DNA of 64,000 nucleotides. It comes from Antedon mediterranea (taxonomy: Eukaryota > Animalia > Echinodermata). This document shows positions 12,172 to 29,148 of the stretch, piece by piece. The stretch is from assembly GCF_964355755.1 (NCBI RefSeq), contig NC_092675.1, forward strand, positions 20,370,912 to 20,434,911, written 5' to 3'. Within the stretch, counting starts at the first letter, position 1; each line of letters starts with the position of its first letter. The notes under the pieces are model-generated. The model did not search any database and was not told where the DNA came from. It was given only the letters and a program-made list of their open reading frames with translations. Both the position numbers and the translations under genes were made by a program.

Positions 12172-13134
12172 TTAAACCAAACTTGTGTCATGTCCAGATA
12201 AATTTCCATTTCACACCTGATTCATTAACCCGGAAAGTGTCAGACACTGGTTGCGTGTATTTACACTGCAAAATACCAACCCGTGTAAATGTTCTAGATT
12301 AATTGAAATATCGCCCTCTCATGGATGAAGAGACACCCTGTAATGGTCTGCTCATTATCACCTTACTTTTTTAATGGCAATACAAACAAATTGTGTCTAC
12401 TCGTGAAAAATAATATTTCTGAAAAAAAATAACGAACAAATAACTATACATTTAATTATTTAATATGTGAAAAAAAAAAAAAAATCTGTCTTAATTGTAT
12501 GTAAATTAAATACTATAGTGAGCAAGGATAGCAACCAACCGGAAAAATATGCGGGACTGTTTACACCGCGAATACGCAAGTACATAAGTTTGTTCCAGGT
12601 TGACTTGATGCGGAATACATTGCGCATCACTTAAGGGCCTTTCACACCTGTTCCGGCATGGTTCTGGTTCGGCGAATCGAACGGCAATGTTTCGTTTTCA
12701 CTATGCTCCACATGGCTATGCGCCAATCGATATGCGCATGGCCGCGTAAAAATGAAACATTGGCTTTGCCAGCGCCAGACTGGAACCGTGCAGACGGGCC
12801 CTTTACCCGTGTGGTTCAGCGACCGGGTTGACTTTTTACGTTGTTTAAACCGGCCTGAATTTCTGCGTCCCAGGTACAATTCGGGTTACTTAATTCTGGA
12901 TCAACTTGATTTGAGTTGTTATTTGTCCTAGACTCCTACTGTAAATTCAAACTATACTTTCAAATGATGTTTTTATTTACAATATAATTTTGTACACAAT
13001 TTTAATTTCAGTGATTTTTTTTATGAATGGTGGGTAATTTCTTTTTTTTCAGTGACTTCTTGAAAGTGTACCAATACCCAGCGGTGGACAACCGGGGCAA
13101 GTCAGGCTTACAGTACTTATGCCATCTGTGAATA

Positions 13135-15871
13135 ATGAATTTATACAAATGTGAACATTGTGGAGATAAACTTCAAACACACCAAGAGTTTAAATTTCTT
13201 CAATGTCAAGTGAACGTTGTCAGACTTTGTCTAGATTTAAATAGTGGATGGAGCAGACATTTGGGAGAGTACACAGAGGAGACGCCATATGAATGTGTAC
13301 ATTGTGGAAAGAAATTCAACCAGAATGACGATTTGAAAAAACATTTGAAAATGCACACAGAAAAGACACCATATGAATGTGAACACTGTAGGAAGAAATT
13401 CAACCAAAATGACGATCTGAAAAGACATATGAGAATACACACAGGAGAGAAACCATATGAATGTGAACATTGTGGGAAGAAATTCAACCAGAATGACGAT
13501 CTGAAAAAACATATGAGAATACACACAGAAGAGACACCATATGAATGTGAACATTGTGGGAAGAAATTCAAAGAAAATGATGATCTGAAAAAACATTTGA
13601 GAATGCACACAGAAGAGACACCATATGAATGTGAACATTGTGGGAAGAAATTCAAAGACAATGATGATCTGAAAAAACATTTGAGAATGCACACAGGAGA
13701 GAAACCATATGAATGTGAACATTGTGGAAAGAAGTTTAACCAGAGTGACGATCTGAAAAAACATTTGAAAATGCACACAGAAGAGACACGATATGAATGT
13801 GAACATTGTGGGAAGAAATTCAACCGGAATGACAGTTTGAAAAAACATATGAGAATGCACACAGGAGAGAAACCATATGAATGTGAACATTGTGGGAAGA
13901 AATTCAACCGGAATGACAGTTTGAAAAAACATATGAGAATGCACACAGGAGAGAAACCATATGAATGTGAACATTGTGGGAAGAAATTCAACCAGAATGA
14001 CGATCTGAAAAAACATTTAAAAATGCACAAAGAAGAGACACCATATGAATGTGAACATTGTGGGAAGAAATTTAACCGGAATGACGATTTGAAAAAACAT
14101 ATGAGAATGCACACAGAAGAGACACGATATGAATGTGAACATTGTGGGAAGAAATTCAACCGGAATGACGATTTGAAAAAACATATGAGAATGCACAGAG
14201 AAGAGACACCATATGAATGTGAACATTGTGGGAAGAAATTCAACCAGAATGACGATTTGAAAAAACATTTGAAAATGCACACAGAAGAGACACCTTATGA
14301 ATGTGAACATTGTGGGAAGAAATTCAAAGACAATGATGATCTGAAAAAACATTTGAGAATGCACACAGGAGAGAAACCATATGAATGTGAACAATGTGGG
14401 AAGAAATTCAACCAGAATGACAGTTTGAAAAAACGTATGAGAATACACACAGGAGAGAAACCATATGAATGTGAACATTGTGGGAAGAAATTCAACCAGA
14501 ATGACAGTTTGAAAAAACGTATGAGAATACACACAGGAGAGAAACCATATGAATGTGAACATTGTGGGAAGAAATTCAACCAGAATGACAGTTTGAAAAA
14601 ACGTATGAGAATACACACAGGAGAGAAACCATATGAATGTGAACATTGTGGGAAGAAATTCAAAGACAATGATGATCTGAAAAAACATTTGAGAATGCAC
14701 ACAGGAGAGAAACCATATGAATGTGAACATTGTGGGAAAAAATTCAAACAGAATGACAGTTTGAAAAAACGTATGAGAATACACACAGGAGAGAAACCAT
14801 ATGAATGTGAACATTGTGGGAAGAAATTCAACCAGAATGACGATCTGAAAAAACATTTAAAAATGCACAAAGAAGAGACAACATATGAATGTGAACATTG
14901 TGGGACGAAATTCAACCGGAATGACGATTTGAAAAAACATATGAGAATGCACACAGAAGAGATACGATATGAATGTGAACATTGTGGGAAGAAATTCAAC
15001 CGGAATGACGATTTGAAAAAACATTTGAAAATGCACACAGAAGAGACACGATATGAATGTGAACATTGTGGGACGAAATTCAACCAGAATGACGATTTGA
15101 AAAAACATTTGAGAATGCACACAGAAGAGACACCATATGAATGTGAACATTGTGGGAAGAGATTCAAAGACAATGATGATCGGAAAAAACATTTGAAAAT
15201 GCACACAGAAGAGACACCATATGAATGTGAACATTGTGGGAAGAAATTTAAACATAAAGGGAATTTGAGAAGCCATTTGCGAATACACACAGGAGAGACA
15301 CCATATGAATGTGAACATTGTGGGAAGAAATTCAAAGACAATGATGATCTGAAAAAACATTGGAGAATGCACACAGAAGAGACACCATATGAATGTGAAC
15401 ATTGTAAGAAGAAATTTAAACATAAAGGGAATTTGAGAAGCCATTTGCGAATACACACAGGAGAGACACCATATGAATGTGAACATTGTAAGAAGAAATT
15501 TAAACATAAAGGGAATTTGGGAAGCCATTTGCGAATACACACAGGAGAGACACCATATGAATGTGAACATTGTGGAAAGAAATTCAACCAGAATGGGATT
15601 TTGAGAAGACATATGAGAATACACACAGGAGAGAAACCATATGAATGTGAACATTGTGGGAAGAAATTCAACCGTATTGGGAGTTTAAAAATTCATTTCA
15701 GAATACACACAGGAGAGACACCATATGAATGTGAACATTGTAAGAAGAAATTTAAACATAAAGGGAATTTGAGAAGCCATTTGCGAATACACACAGGAGA
15801 GAAACCATATGAATGTGAACATTGTAAGAAGAAATTTAAACATAAAGGGAATTTGGGAAGCCATTTGCGAA

Positions 15872-15897
<26 letters not shown>
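13135..15897 (+). CDS. Tandem C2H2 zinc-finger protein, copy A (~30 finger repeats, 920 aa ORF)
   Basis: 28-aa repeats [10 protein letters not shown]-x5-L-x2-H-x3-H with TGEKP/TEETP linkers. Polypyrimidine/AG acceptor at 13040-13052. The ORF ends through a +1 insertion near 15872. No KRAB, SET, ZAD or BTB domain is visible. Functional status is unknown. Confidence 0.85.
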
Positions 15898-19656
<3,759 letters not shown>

Positions 19657-21320
19657 ACATTGTGGTATGGAATTGTTCATTGATAATTAAGTTTTGTGAT
19701 CTTTTTTCTCTTTAATTGTTTTATATTTTCAATATCATTGAATATTATAGTATAGGCCTAACTAATATATCTTATCAGCTCTGTCTGCACTATCAAACTT
19801 TATGAGACTAAAACGTGTAGACATAACTTTTTTGTAATTGTTTTTTTTTCTTTTGATGTTTTATTTTCTGTTTAGAAATAAGTTTTTTGAGCTGTGATCG
19901 TTAAAATTTTATATTTGTTGCATATTTTATATATGTTTGTTGAATTCAACATAAAGATATTGTATGATGTGTTTATGAATAAATATACAGAACCTTGAAT
20001 TATTATATTGTGGGTTTTTCTCGATATACCTTCATCCTTTAAATCTTTTAGAAAAAAAAGCACCATTCTGTTTTATTTTGTGAATATTCTGTGAGACTTG
20101 ACTAAAAAAACCATGTTTTGTGGCATATGATGTCATCGTATGTACAGTAAGCTAATGTGAGCCTTTTCTCCATGATTACTTTAGTATGCGAACTCAACCA
20201 ATCCAATTCTTGAAATTTAAGAAATTATTGTAAAAAATATAGTAACACTTTATAAAAACTTTTTTGAAATTATTTATTACAATAATGCATATGTATTTAA
20301 ACAAATAGAGAGACTAGGCATCGGAATCTTTGCACATTTCTATTTCTGACATGATAACGTAAATATTCTTAAAATTGAGGGCGCCAAACATAAAAAATTT
20401 AGGAGATCGAAAGGAAGCGGGAAGTCCCAAAGAAAAACAAAATTATGGTGTGCTCCCTTCTAGCACGATATGGCTCTCTCACAGCCATGGGGGTACCACG
20501 ACATCAAATGCTTTGATGTAAACGCCTTATGATGTGTGGGGGGTGGGGGGGGGGAGATGGAAGGGACGTTTAAAACTGTTAACCCTAAACACAGAAGCTC
20601 GCATAGCTTTAACTCTATTCCACTGACCGACACAGGATCAATTCGATCCCATGCACTCGTGTTATCAACATGACGCTCTGCCACCCTCTAGTTTATCGCA
20701 AGGCTAAAACTAGATTCGTTTTTTGTCAAAATTACGTCATGAAAATGCAAATTTATGACGTAATGATTAGTATGAAGCGCGTATAATACTATACTATTGT
20801 CACCCTTCATTACTCGTGCACATTGTTGCATAACGGATAGTGCTCTATTAACGATCGTTTGAATTCTCTCAATTCTAATAGCTGGGGTTCAACGATTCTC
20901 TACGGATTTAAAAAAAAAAGTAAATATAAATTGTTTTTCTCTGATTTTGAAGGAGAGATATTTAGAGAGTCAAGTTAATTTAGGATATATATATTTCCAT
21001 ATTTCTACCTGCAGGCTGGTATACATTAAACATAGAGAAAGTATTCAAATTGTCATTAGGGTAGCCACGCCTCCAGTATGGCATGGTCCCTCCTTCTGGT
21101 TATCTGAGGGCGAACGTCACTTCAGTGTTGGCAGCTGGCGATAATTTTAATACACTGTTTTGTACATCGACTATAAACAAATGATTATGAAACGGTAGAC
21201 AATTCCGTTTAGACATTTATTAGCTGTAATTTTGGTCGAAATGAAAGAGAAACTTTCAAGAAACAACCAAGAAAACCTCACCTTTCACTGTGTTTAGTGT
21301 TTTCATTGCTTACGTTTCAT

Positions 21321-21350
21321 CAGGGAGGTATAAAATGTTATACCTCCCTG
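21321..21350. mobile_element. 30-bp hairpin insertion with 7-bp direct repeats (P/Galileo-like micro-element)
   Basis: GTTTCAT|CAGGGAGGTATAA-AATG-TTATACCTCCCTG|GTTTCAT: perfect 13-bp stem, CA...TG ends. Confidence 0.65.
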
Positions 21351-21729
21351 GTTTCATCATCGATTGTTTCAGTCTGTTCATGGCCGTGAGTAGGCCTACC
21401 GTAATGTGAAACAAGCCGTAATTATTTGTTTTTAATGAGAGCAATGACGACTACATCCCGATCAAATAATTTATTTATAAAAATCGGCGGACCAGCCCGA
21501 AACGTTGCAGTGACTGCTGAAGGTCAGGGGATGTTAGACATCATTAATGTACAGCTCTCATTTTTCTAAAAAGAGACACCCCGGCAGACGGACCAAAAAA
21601 TCTAAAACATTTGCGGCAAAATGACGTCAAAAGGCAGCCTATCAAGTGTCTTGTGTGTACTGTCAGAGCCGCTGCTATTAAAGTTCCACGTCATTCATTT
21701 TGCTGTCCTTTTCCTGAATGTATTCTTAA

Positions 21730-22044
21730 AGATGTATTGTCCCCCAAAAACATGATTAATTAAATCAGACTTTGAATACGTTATTTTGTAGTTTTAATAA
21801 AGTTAATCACTTCCGTAGAAAAAAAAACGAAAAAAAAAATGTTTTCACTTATAAAAATGACAAAATAAATGGTTAAATTCAACCAAAAATCCATTGGCTG
21901 GCAGCCAAATTAACATTTTTTAAGGTAAATACATTTTTTTCGATCTGATTTTTTGGTAAATGTGGATAACTATTTTGTGACATTAAAATGGAATATTCAA
22001 CAAAAAATGTCAATAATTATTTTTTTGAGGGGGACAATACATAT
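21730..22044. mobile_element. TTAA-flanked MITE, Kolobok-like
   Basis: TTAA|AGATGTATTGTCCCCC ... GGGGGACAATACATAT|TTAA. The copy-B counterpart (~55737-56080) has lost its left tip between ATGTATT microhomologies. Confidence 0.7.
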
Positions 22045-23114
22045 TTAATATGTGAAAAATGTTTCCAGATTATAATATTTTGGCAAAATTGCCACGACCG
22101 GTTCTAAAAAAGTGTTATCAAGTCAACTTTATTCCAGTTTCCGTACCGAACACTAGTGCTGCACACAAACAGTTTATTCCAAAAATAAAACTTTATTTTC
22201 AAATACATATATATAGATATATACAACGATATATTTAGTGTAGACAACACAATAAAACATTCTTAATATCAGGTAAAAAATAATACTGTTTCTTAATTGC
22301 TGTCCTAATGCAAATAAACACATAATAATAATTACATACACCCTGTATATTAGTACTTAAAATATCGATAGGCTTTTTCAGTTGTTGAGGCATACTGTAC
22401 ATTCTGGAAACTTAATTATAAAAATATTTTTTTAAACACATTTATTATAAATTTGTTCAATACACGCCCTTATATTGGAAGGTATGCTTGGTTGAATTAA
22501 TCATTTTAAAAATAGGCCACGTACAAAATTATAACATTACATAAACTTATTACAAAAATACATTTATAGAAAATATTCAAAATAGCCTATAAGGAAGATT
22601 AGGAGCTTTTTTCCGTTAGGGTCCTTTCATGTGACTTATCAGGATTTAATCCAAATAATAACAATCTTTGTGAAATCGTTATTAAAGAGATGGATATATT
22701 GTTTACTGTAATATTTCTGAATACGCAAACATGAATAGTAGCAGCAAGTACTTGGGTAACATATGGTAAGAAATGATTGTTTTAAGAAAAAAAAAAGAGG
22801 GGGGAGTTAAAAAAGTATAAAGCACACATGCAGTGTGGGTTTTTTGTTCGAATTTAATCTAAAAAGCAAATAGTAATAAATAATGTAATTAAAACTACGT
22901 CACTTGTGTAGTGGCGTGGACGAATGTAAAAATAGGAAAGTTTGCACTTTGTTCGTTACACAAACTTATACATTTTGCGCATCCACCACCACGAGAGTAA
23001 AAAACGGAATTGCACTGGGAAGGGTTTTAATACTATACATCTAAATGAATTAATTATCTGCCATCTTTGATCCAATCTAAATTTTCCACTCTTAGCTATT
23101 CGTTTTACAAATAG

Positions 23115-23701
23115 TGTGATATAACGATATACTTTTATATTTAAGAAATTGACCTTTGTATCGGAATTCAAATAGGTTCACAAACTTGACCCAGAAAGTC
23201 CAAAGGAGAGTTTGTCCAGATGTTTTAATGACCATTTAGTTTATAATAGAATCCCTAAAGAAAACACTTAGCTTAATTTTGTGACTTTCCCATCGTTAAA
23301 CCAGGAGTGATCGACACTATTTAAGTACAGATTTGACAGTGTCATCCATCACAGAAATACCTTATTATACCGTTAATCACTCCCACTTAAACACCCCTGG
23401 ATCAACTTAGGACCAATCGGTACCCTCACAGATGATGTAATGACATTATGCAAATGAACTGAGCCAATATACTCCCAAGTTTCAGAAGGGCCCAGACACA
23501 CCTTACAGCCACTTCTCCAGAAGCAGACGAACACACTTCACACCTCACTGACAGCATCATTGATCCTCCGCGTTCCTTATCTATACTTATAGTTGTATAT
23601 TGTACTGAAGTATTATACTGAATAAACAATATATGTGTTACGACAGTCAAGCGAGTAAAGAGTCTTCATTAGTACCTCAACAACCCAAACATTATATTAC
23701 A
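23115..23701. mobile_element. Solo LTR (587 bp)
   Basis: TGTGATATAA...TTATATTACA termini. 4-bp TSD ATAG (23111-23114, 23702-23705). Precise empty site CAAATAGTAC in copy B at ~57163-57173. Confidence 0.88.
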
Positions 23702-23898
23702 ATAGTACATATTTTTTGCTATCACACGCGCCAATACCATCGGGGTATCATAAGGGAAGCTCAGTTTAACTACATTTGGGCGATCTAAATTACTGATCAT
23801 TTTGGTTTTAGCAAGGTTAATAGGATATTTATGACGTAATGATCAATTACGTAATACACGTATAAATAGACTTTTATCAGCTTTTCAGTCATGTACTT

Positions 23899-23971
23899 GG
23901 TGGCGTAACGGGTAATGCTCAGTTTTGAGTGCTATCGGCTGGGGTTCGAACCTCGACGGATTTTTTTTTTT
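23899..23971 (+). mobile_element. tRNA-derived SINE-like head or degenerate tRNA pseudogene
   Basis: A-box-like TGGCGTAACGG, B-box GGTTCGAACC, then a T run. No full cloverleaf could be drawn. Confidence 0.4.
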
Positions 23972-24361
23972 ATGAATATTGCTTTTTTTTAAAAGAGATA
24001 TAGTGACACTGTATTGTCGAATATGGATGGCACCATACCGGTAGGTATTCAAATATGCTTAATCGATGTAAAAATACTTTTAAAATAATAATCAATCATC
24101 TTTTTCTTATCTCGTAAAAACTTTTATTACAATTCCTTGGAAGTCATTCTAAGAAATAATACATCACATGAAACCTGTAATAATTGTATAATATAAAATA
24201 TTACACATTTTCTGTATGTAGTAGGTAGTTTAAGCGTATACACACATTCTCACGATGCCATTGCGTACACATTGTGATGACAGCCTGGTTATGAAGACGT
24301 GTCACATGACAATCACAGTAAAATATTCACAAACCAATCCGATCGGCCTACACATTCAATG

Positions 24362-24650
24362 TCATTTCATTTCATTTCATTTATTTATTTCACTTTACAA
24401 CTATATAAATATACAGTGGAGGAGCCTAAAAGAAAGCAAAGCTTGTGGTGAATAGGCTCCTCAAAACAAAACAAAAATAAAATAGAAATAATATATAACA
24501 CAATTAGAAACTCCAAAAAACAACAATTTAACTAATATCTTTTCTCTAACACATAAGTTTAAAACTAAAAAACAAGTAAAAAATAGATTATATAAATTAT
24601 TTTAAAAATATCCAAATATGTCATTAATAAAAGAATTTACAAAGAACCTT
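24362..24650 (-). mobile_element. LINE 3' end remnant
   Basis: Minus-strand AATAAA followed by a (TGAAA)n tail, GGAGCCTA...TAGGCTCC stem-loop and T-rich UTR. The right boundary is approximate. Confidence 0.5.
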
Positions 24651-25300
24651 CAACCAATAATAGTTTAAATTGACGTTAAATAAAGCACCGTCCGTACGTA
24701 TACACTTGTTGATGTGTATAAACGCACACCGTCACTGCGTACGTATTATTATACGCCTATGAATGACAGCCTCGTTATGAAGACGTGTCACATGACAAAC
24801 GTCTTCAAATATTCACAAACATTCCACCAATCAACTATTAGTGACTTATTTCTATTTTATATCACTGTGCTCCACTGGTGCTAAATTTGGTCCACTGAAC
24901 CAGTTACCGTAGTACTATTTCTATTTCGGAAGTAAATAAAGGCATAAATGGCGCTCCGTAGAAGTAGAGAATGTTCGATCGTCGAAATGACACTCTGAAT
25001 ATACCTCCACATTTTGGGGATTTGGCATTATTTTTCCCAATCTGGCATTAATATTTGAGACAGGCTACAGTACAGCATACTTTAAATTATCAACGCTGAG
25101 AAGGAAGGATATTGACATTATCAATGACAGTTTTATTGTTATATCATATTTGTTTCTCAATCTTTAAATAAAATTACCAGGATTGGTGACATTTATAGAA
25201 ACTTGCGTCGTCAACTCAGAGATAGTCATTCATTTTCCGTCCGGGGGTACGACGGTAAGTAAGGCTACAGTTACTTGTGACAGTGCATATCGGCCGCCAG

Positions 25301-27313
25301 TCATTTCGGCCGCCGGTTATGGAACGCCTAAAATCATGAAACGCCAAAAAGGACAAAATATGTATTGTTCATTTCGGCCGCCACAATCGTCAATATTGTT
25401 AATGTATGGCACGCCTCAATTATAAAAAATGGTGTATACACATGTGCCTATCGCCTGAATAGACGTACGTATTCAAACAGCAAGCAGCAATCAACAAAAA
25501 CGATCATACTTTTTGATTTGTATAGAGTTGCGCTATTTTACTATCATTCGCCAGCTTCTTCTTGACTGAGCCCAACCCCAACCAATTAGGTATAATATTA
25601 TATCAGGCATATAATGATTTACCTCTATTTATATGTATTGTAATTAATATATTATATAGGGAATATACGTCTGTCCTTTATTATGCAAACAATTACGTAA
25701 AAGAGAACAATTTATTTAAAAACAATAATTGTTACAATGTATAGCCCGTAAAGCCAGCGTATCCATTTTTATACTTATGCATACTGTGTGGCAGATTATA
25801 TCATGTCGTTAACAACATAACCTACTATTCGATCACCTAATTTTATTTTTTTATTTTATTTACATCCGTTATGTAGGATAATATTAAGTGTATAATATTA
25901 ATTGTTGAGACAAATCACGTGTATACTTTTATTTCTAATGTTATGTTTAAAATAGTTGTTAGTAAAAATGATCATTATATGCGGATGGTTAAAAGGCGAG
26001 TTACTGAAATAAACCCCCGAATAAGCCGTATTTGGGGAGATGCGCTTTCTATGATCGTGCAGCTGTTTCCTCTAACAATGCGTTATTTTGCTGACGGGGT
26101 TTCCCCTTTTTAAAAAGCACGCACTTGTTAGCGTGTCAAATCATGGACAAAACACGTACGATCGTAGTCCATGGCCAGGTAAAGATGACGTCTATTACTA
26201 ATAACCATACTTTTAAAACGTCTATATGCCTCCTGCACGTGTTTTTGTGAAACGATGTATATAATTTACGTATACTGTACGTCGATACTATAGATTTTAA
26301 TTTGAAAAATATCTTTTATTTCTTTATTTACAATAATCATTTAATGTAAATAATTAAGTAAATAGTCTCACATAACATCCATACGACGTTCGTAAATCTA
26401 AATGTTTAAATATCAGTACCTCTTTGAGAATCGTGTCCACCTTTATTATCCATACATTATTCTCACATCTATCATTGTACATCATAGACCTACTGTAGGG
26501 CTGGTAGATTGATTTATAACGGAATATTATCTATATATTTTATTATTATCCTAAACCATGCTCACGTCAGAGTGGCGGATATTGGATGCAAAAATCATCA
26601 TCATGCATCAAATTCCTTTATTGCATAAACCTCATTGAGCTGGTATCCACTTGCAGGTTATAGAACGAGTTTCGTAATTAACTGTGATTAAAAAATACGC
26701 AATAGGCGCGTCTACTTGTTTAACTATTAAATTATTATTTATTTTCAAAACCTTAAACAACGTCATGCTAAAAGAACACATTACAATTCATTAAAACCTG
26801 TAAGATAAAATGGAAACACAAATTATTTATAAATAATGAGATAAATATTTATATTTACTGTACTTAAAAAATAACGATCGAGGTTTAAAAAAATGTCAAA
26901 CAGTATTATTAGAAATTCCAATATTCAAAATTAACTAAAAACATAATGAACGTTTTCATTAAAAATGTATCTAATGCGCCATATACAAATTAGCGCGACC
27001 AAAATAAAACGCGCCGATATCAAACGTAACTAATAGGATAAAAAGCGTATCTAGCGGCGCTCCATACCAAATACCGGATGTTTATTTTATCGCGACCGAT
27101 TTCAAACGCGATCGATTTCATCTGACACCATTTACACACGTCTATTCAGACGATAGGCACATGTATACACCTTTTTTGACAATTAAGGCGTGCCATACGT
27201 TATTAACAATATTGACGATTCTGGCGGCCGAAATGAACAATACATATTTTGTCTTTTTTGGCGTTTCATGATTTTGGGCGTTCCATAACCGGCGGCCGAA
27301 ATGATCAGACACC
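25301..27313. mobile_element. Non-autonomous DNA transposon with ~170-bp TIRs (MULE-like)
   Basis: 25301-25468 is the imperfect reverse complement of 27139-27304 (TCATTTCGGCCGCC...GAATAGACG). The right terminus is ...CAGACACC. Left tip and TSD are not resolved; no transposase ORF. Confidence 0.75.
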
Positions 27314-29104
27314 GTGGCATCATGATGGAGTAATCTTCACTCCATGCTTGTGGTGGTATACTCGCTGCCTCCTGCGAACAGGCGATGTGAAAATTGTACT
27401 CGCGTCCAATAACGACAATGGCCTTTATTTATTCGCGCGTTATTTATTACCGTTCTGCATTTTATGGCATTATCAATCAATCAACTTATCAACAGTGGCG
27501 TATCCAGGATTTTGAAGTTGGGGGGGGGGGGGGGGCCGGGAATTGCCAAAATTTGCCGACAAAATTGGTGTCATTATCTGTACATACACGACCTCTCTGA
27601 TCAATATATGTTCTAGGATTACATAGTCATATTGTCTTATATGGGATAACGATGCAAAATTAAAACCAAACCAACATTATCTGTTAGTATGTTGTTTTCA
27701 TATTACAATAAAGAAAGAATTAGGAAAATTTGATTTGTAGTTTTCGAAATATAGGGTCTAAAACATCGCCGAAAATGATCGTTTTTATTTTTAGCCACGA
27801 AAGAAGTAAAACAATTTGCGGCCTCAGTCGACAATTCTATTAACTACGCCATTTTTGGTTAAAATAATTACATATAATTACGTTTTTTATTAATTTATTT
27901 TATATATCACCATTGGAAATATCAATAAAACATGTTATTAAATGCTTAAGTTGTTTACTTAACGGAATTCCCCGCGGAATTCGGAAAAATTCATTGCTCT
28001 AACTTTGTGTAGTAACGATCAGAGAGATTCATGGTACACGCGCAAGAGAAAACATTCCGCTGCGGGTGATTCGCATCCACCAATCAAATCAGTTAGAATC
28101 CTAAATCATTCAACCGTGAGCAATGCCAATCGCGAGAAAGCTCAGCTTTGATTGGCTTACGATGACATCATATCACAAAATGGTGGTTTTGTAGTTGAGC
28201 CTCACGGAATATTCTGTTCCAAAAATGAAATACATGGATATTTTTTATGGTATATGTGCTTTTTCTTTAAAAATTTTGAATAATAAAGGCCTCATATCGA
28301 GGAAAAATACCGGGTTTTTGGCACTTATAATAAATATATCCTAGACAAAAAAAGCACATGGCACGTCGAACTATAATCTCTTAGCGTAGGAAGACATACA
28401 AATCCCAGGTCATGAGAGGCCTCAACTGCATGCAAAAACAAGGTTTTAGGGTAAGGTCAAAGACTTTTGAGTAAACAATCTACCTCGTACGGCCGTACGT
28501 ACATGCTACACATTTTTTACGTGTTTCGTTAGATGTAATGAAAATAAAAAATAGTTGATCTGAAGGGATCAATTATGATATGATATGTAAATAAACAAAC
28601 ACTCAAAAGAATTATGTTTACAGTTCAATTATTGTCAGAATAAATAGTTTATTTTTTTCCTCGGCACCTTTGTTTGCCGACGGCCGCGATGATGTGCCGA
28701 CGGAAACGAAATCAGGGGGAGCCCCCGGCCGCGATTTTTTTTTTCGTACATAAGTTGGGGACCCCCTCATGAAACGTCACAAAATAAACATGAATAATTC
28801 ATCAGTTAAATTTTCTTGTTCCGTGTGCACCCAAGCGTATAGCAACAAGAAGTGATTACACAAGTGCGGTACGATTCTAGGCCATCTCCGCTGTTGAAGA
28901 ATAGCGGCGTTTTGTGTGGATTGTCGAAATAATCGGCCTTTAGTTTATGGTGTTTTTAATATAATTTATTACTAATAAAGAATTACGTGTTAAAATTATA
29001 GTTTCTATTAATACTATTAGGCCTAATTATTAGTCTCTAAACCCATGTATATTCTAGTAGTAGCTGTGTGGATGTGTGTGACGTGTGTGTGTGTTAGGTA
29101 TGAC

Positions 29105-29148
29105 CAAAGATAGTTACACTATCTTTGGTAATAGTTACACTATCTTTG
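29105..29148. mobile_element. 23-bp hairpin insertion (partly duplicated) with 7-bp direct repeats
   Basis: GTATGAC|CAAAGATAGT-TAC-ACTATCTTTG GTA ATAGTTACACTATCTTTG|GTATGAC. Confidence 0.6.

Noticed and set aside
12631-12879. Conserved small ORF shared with 50842-51123
   Set aside because: Similarity is explained by the segmental duplication; no recognisable domain, and the ends differ by a TE insertion.
24230-24830. ~100-bp direct repeats (GACAGCC..GTTATGAAGACGTGTCACATGACAA) as LTRs
   Set aside because: No TG...CA ends, PBS, PPT or TSD; more likely a local duplication or internal repeat of an old element.
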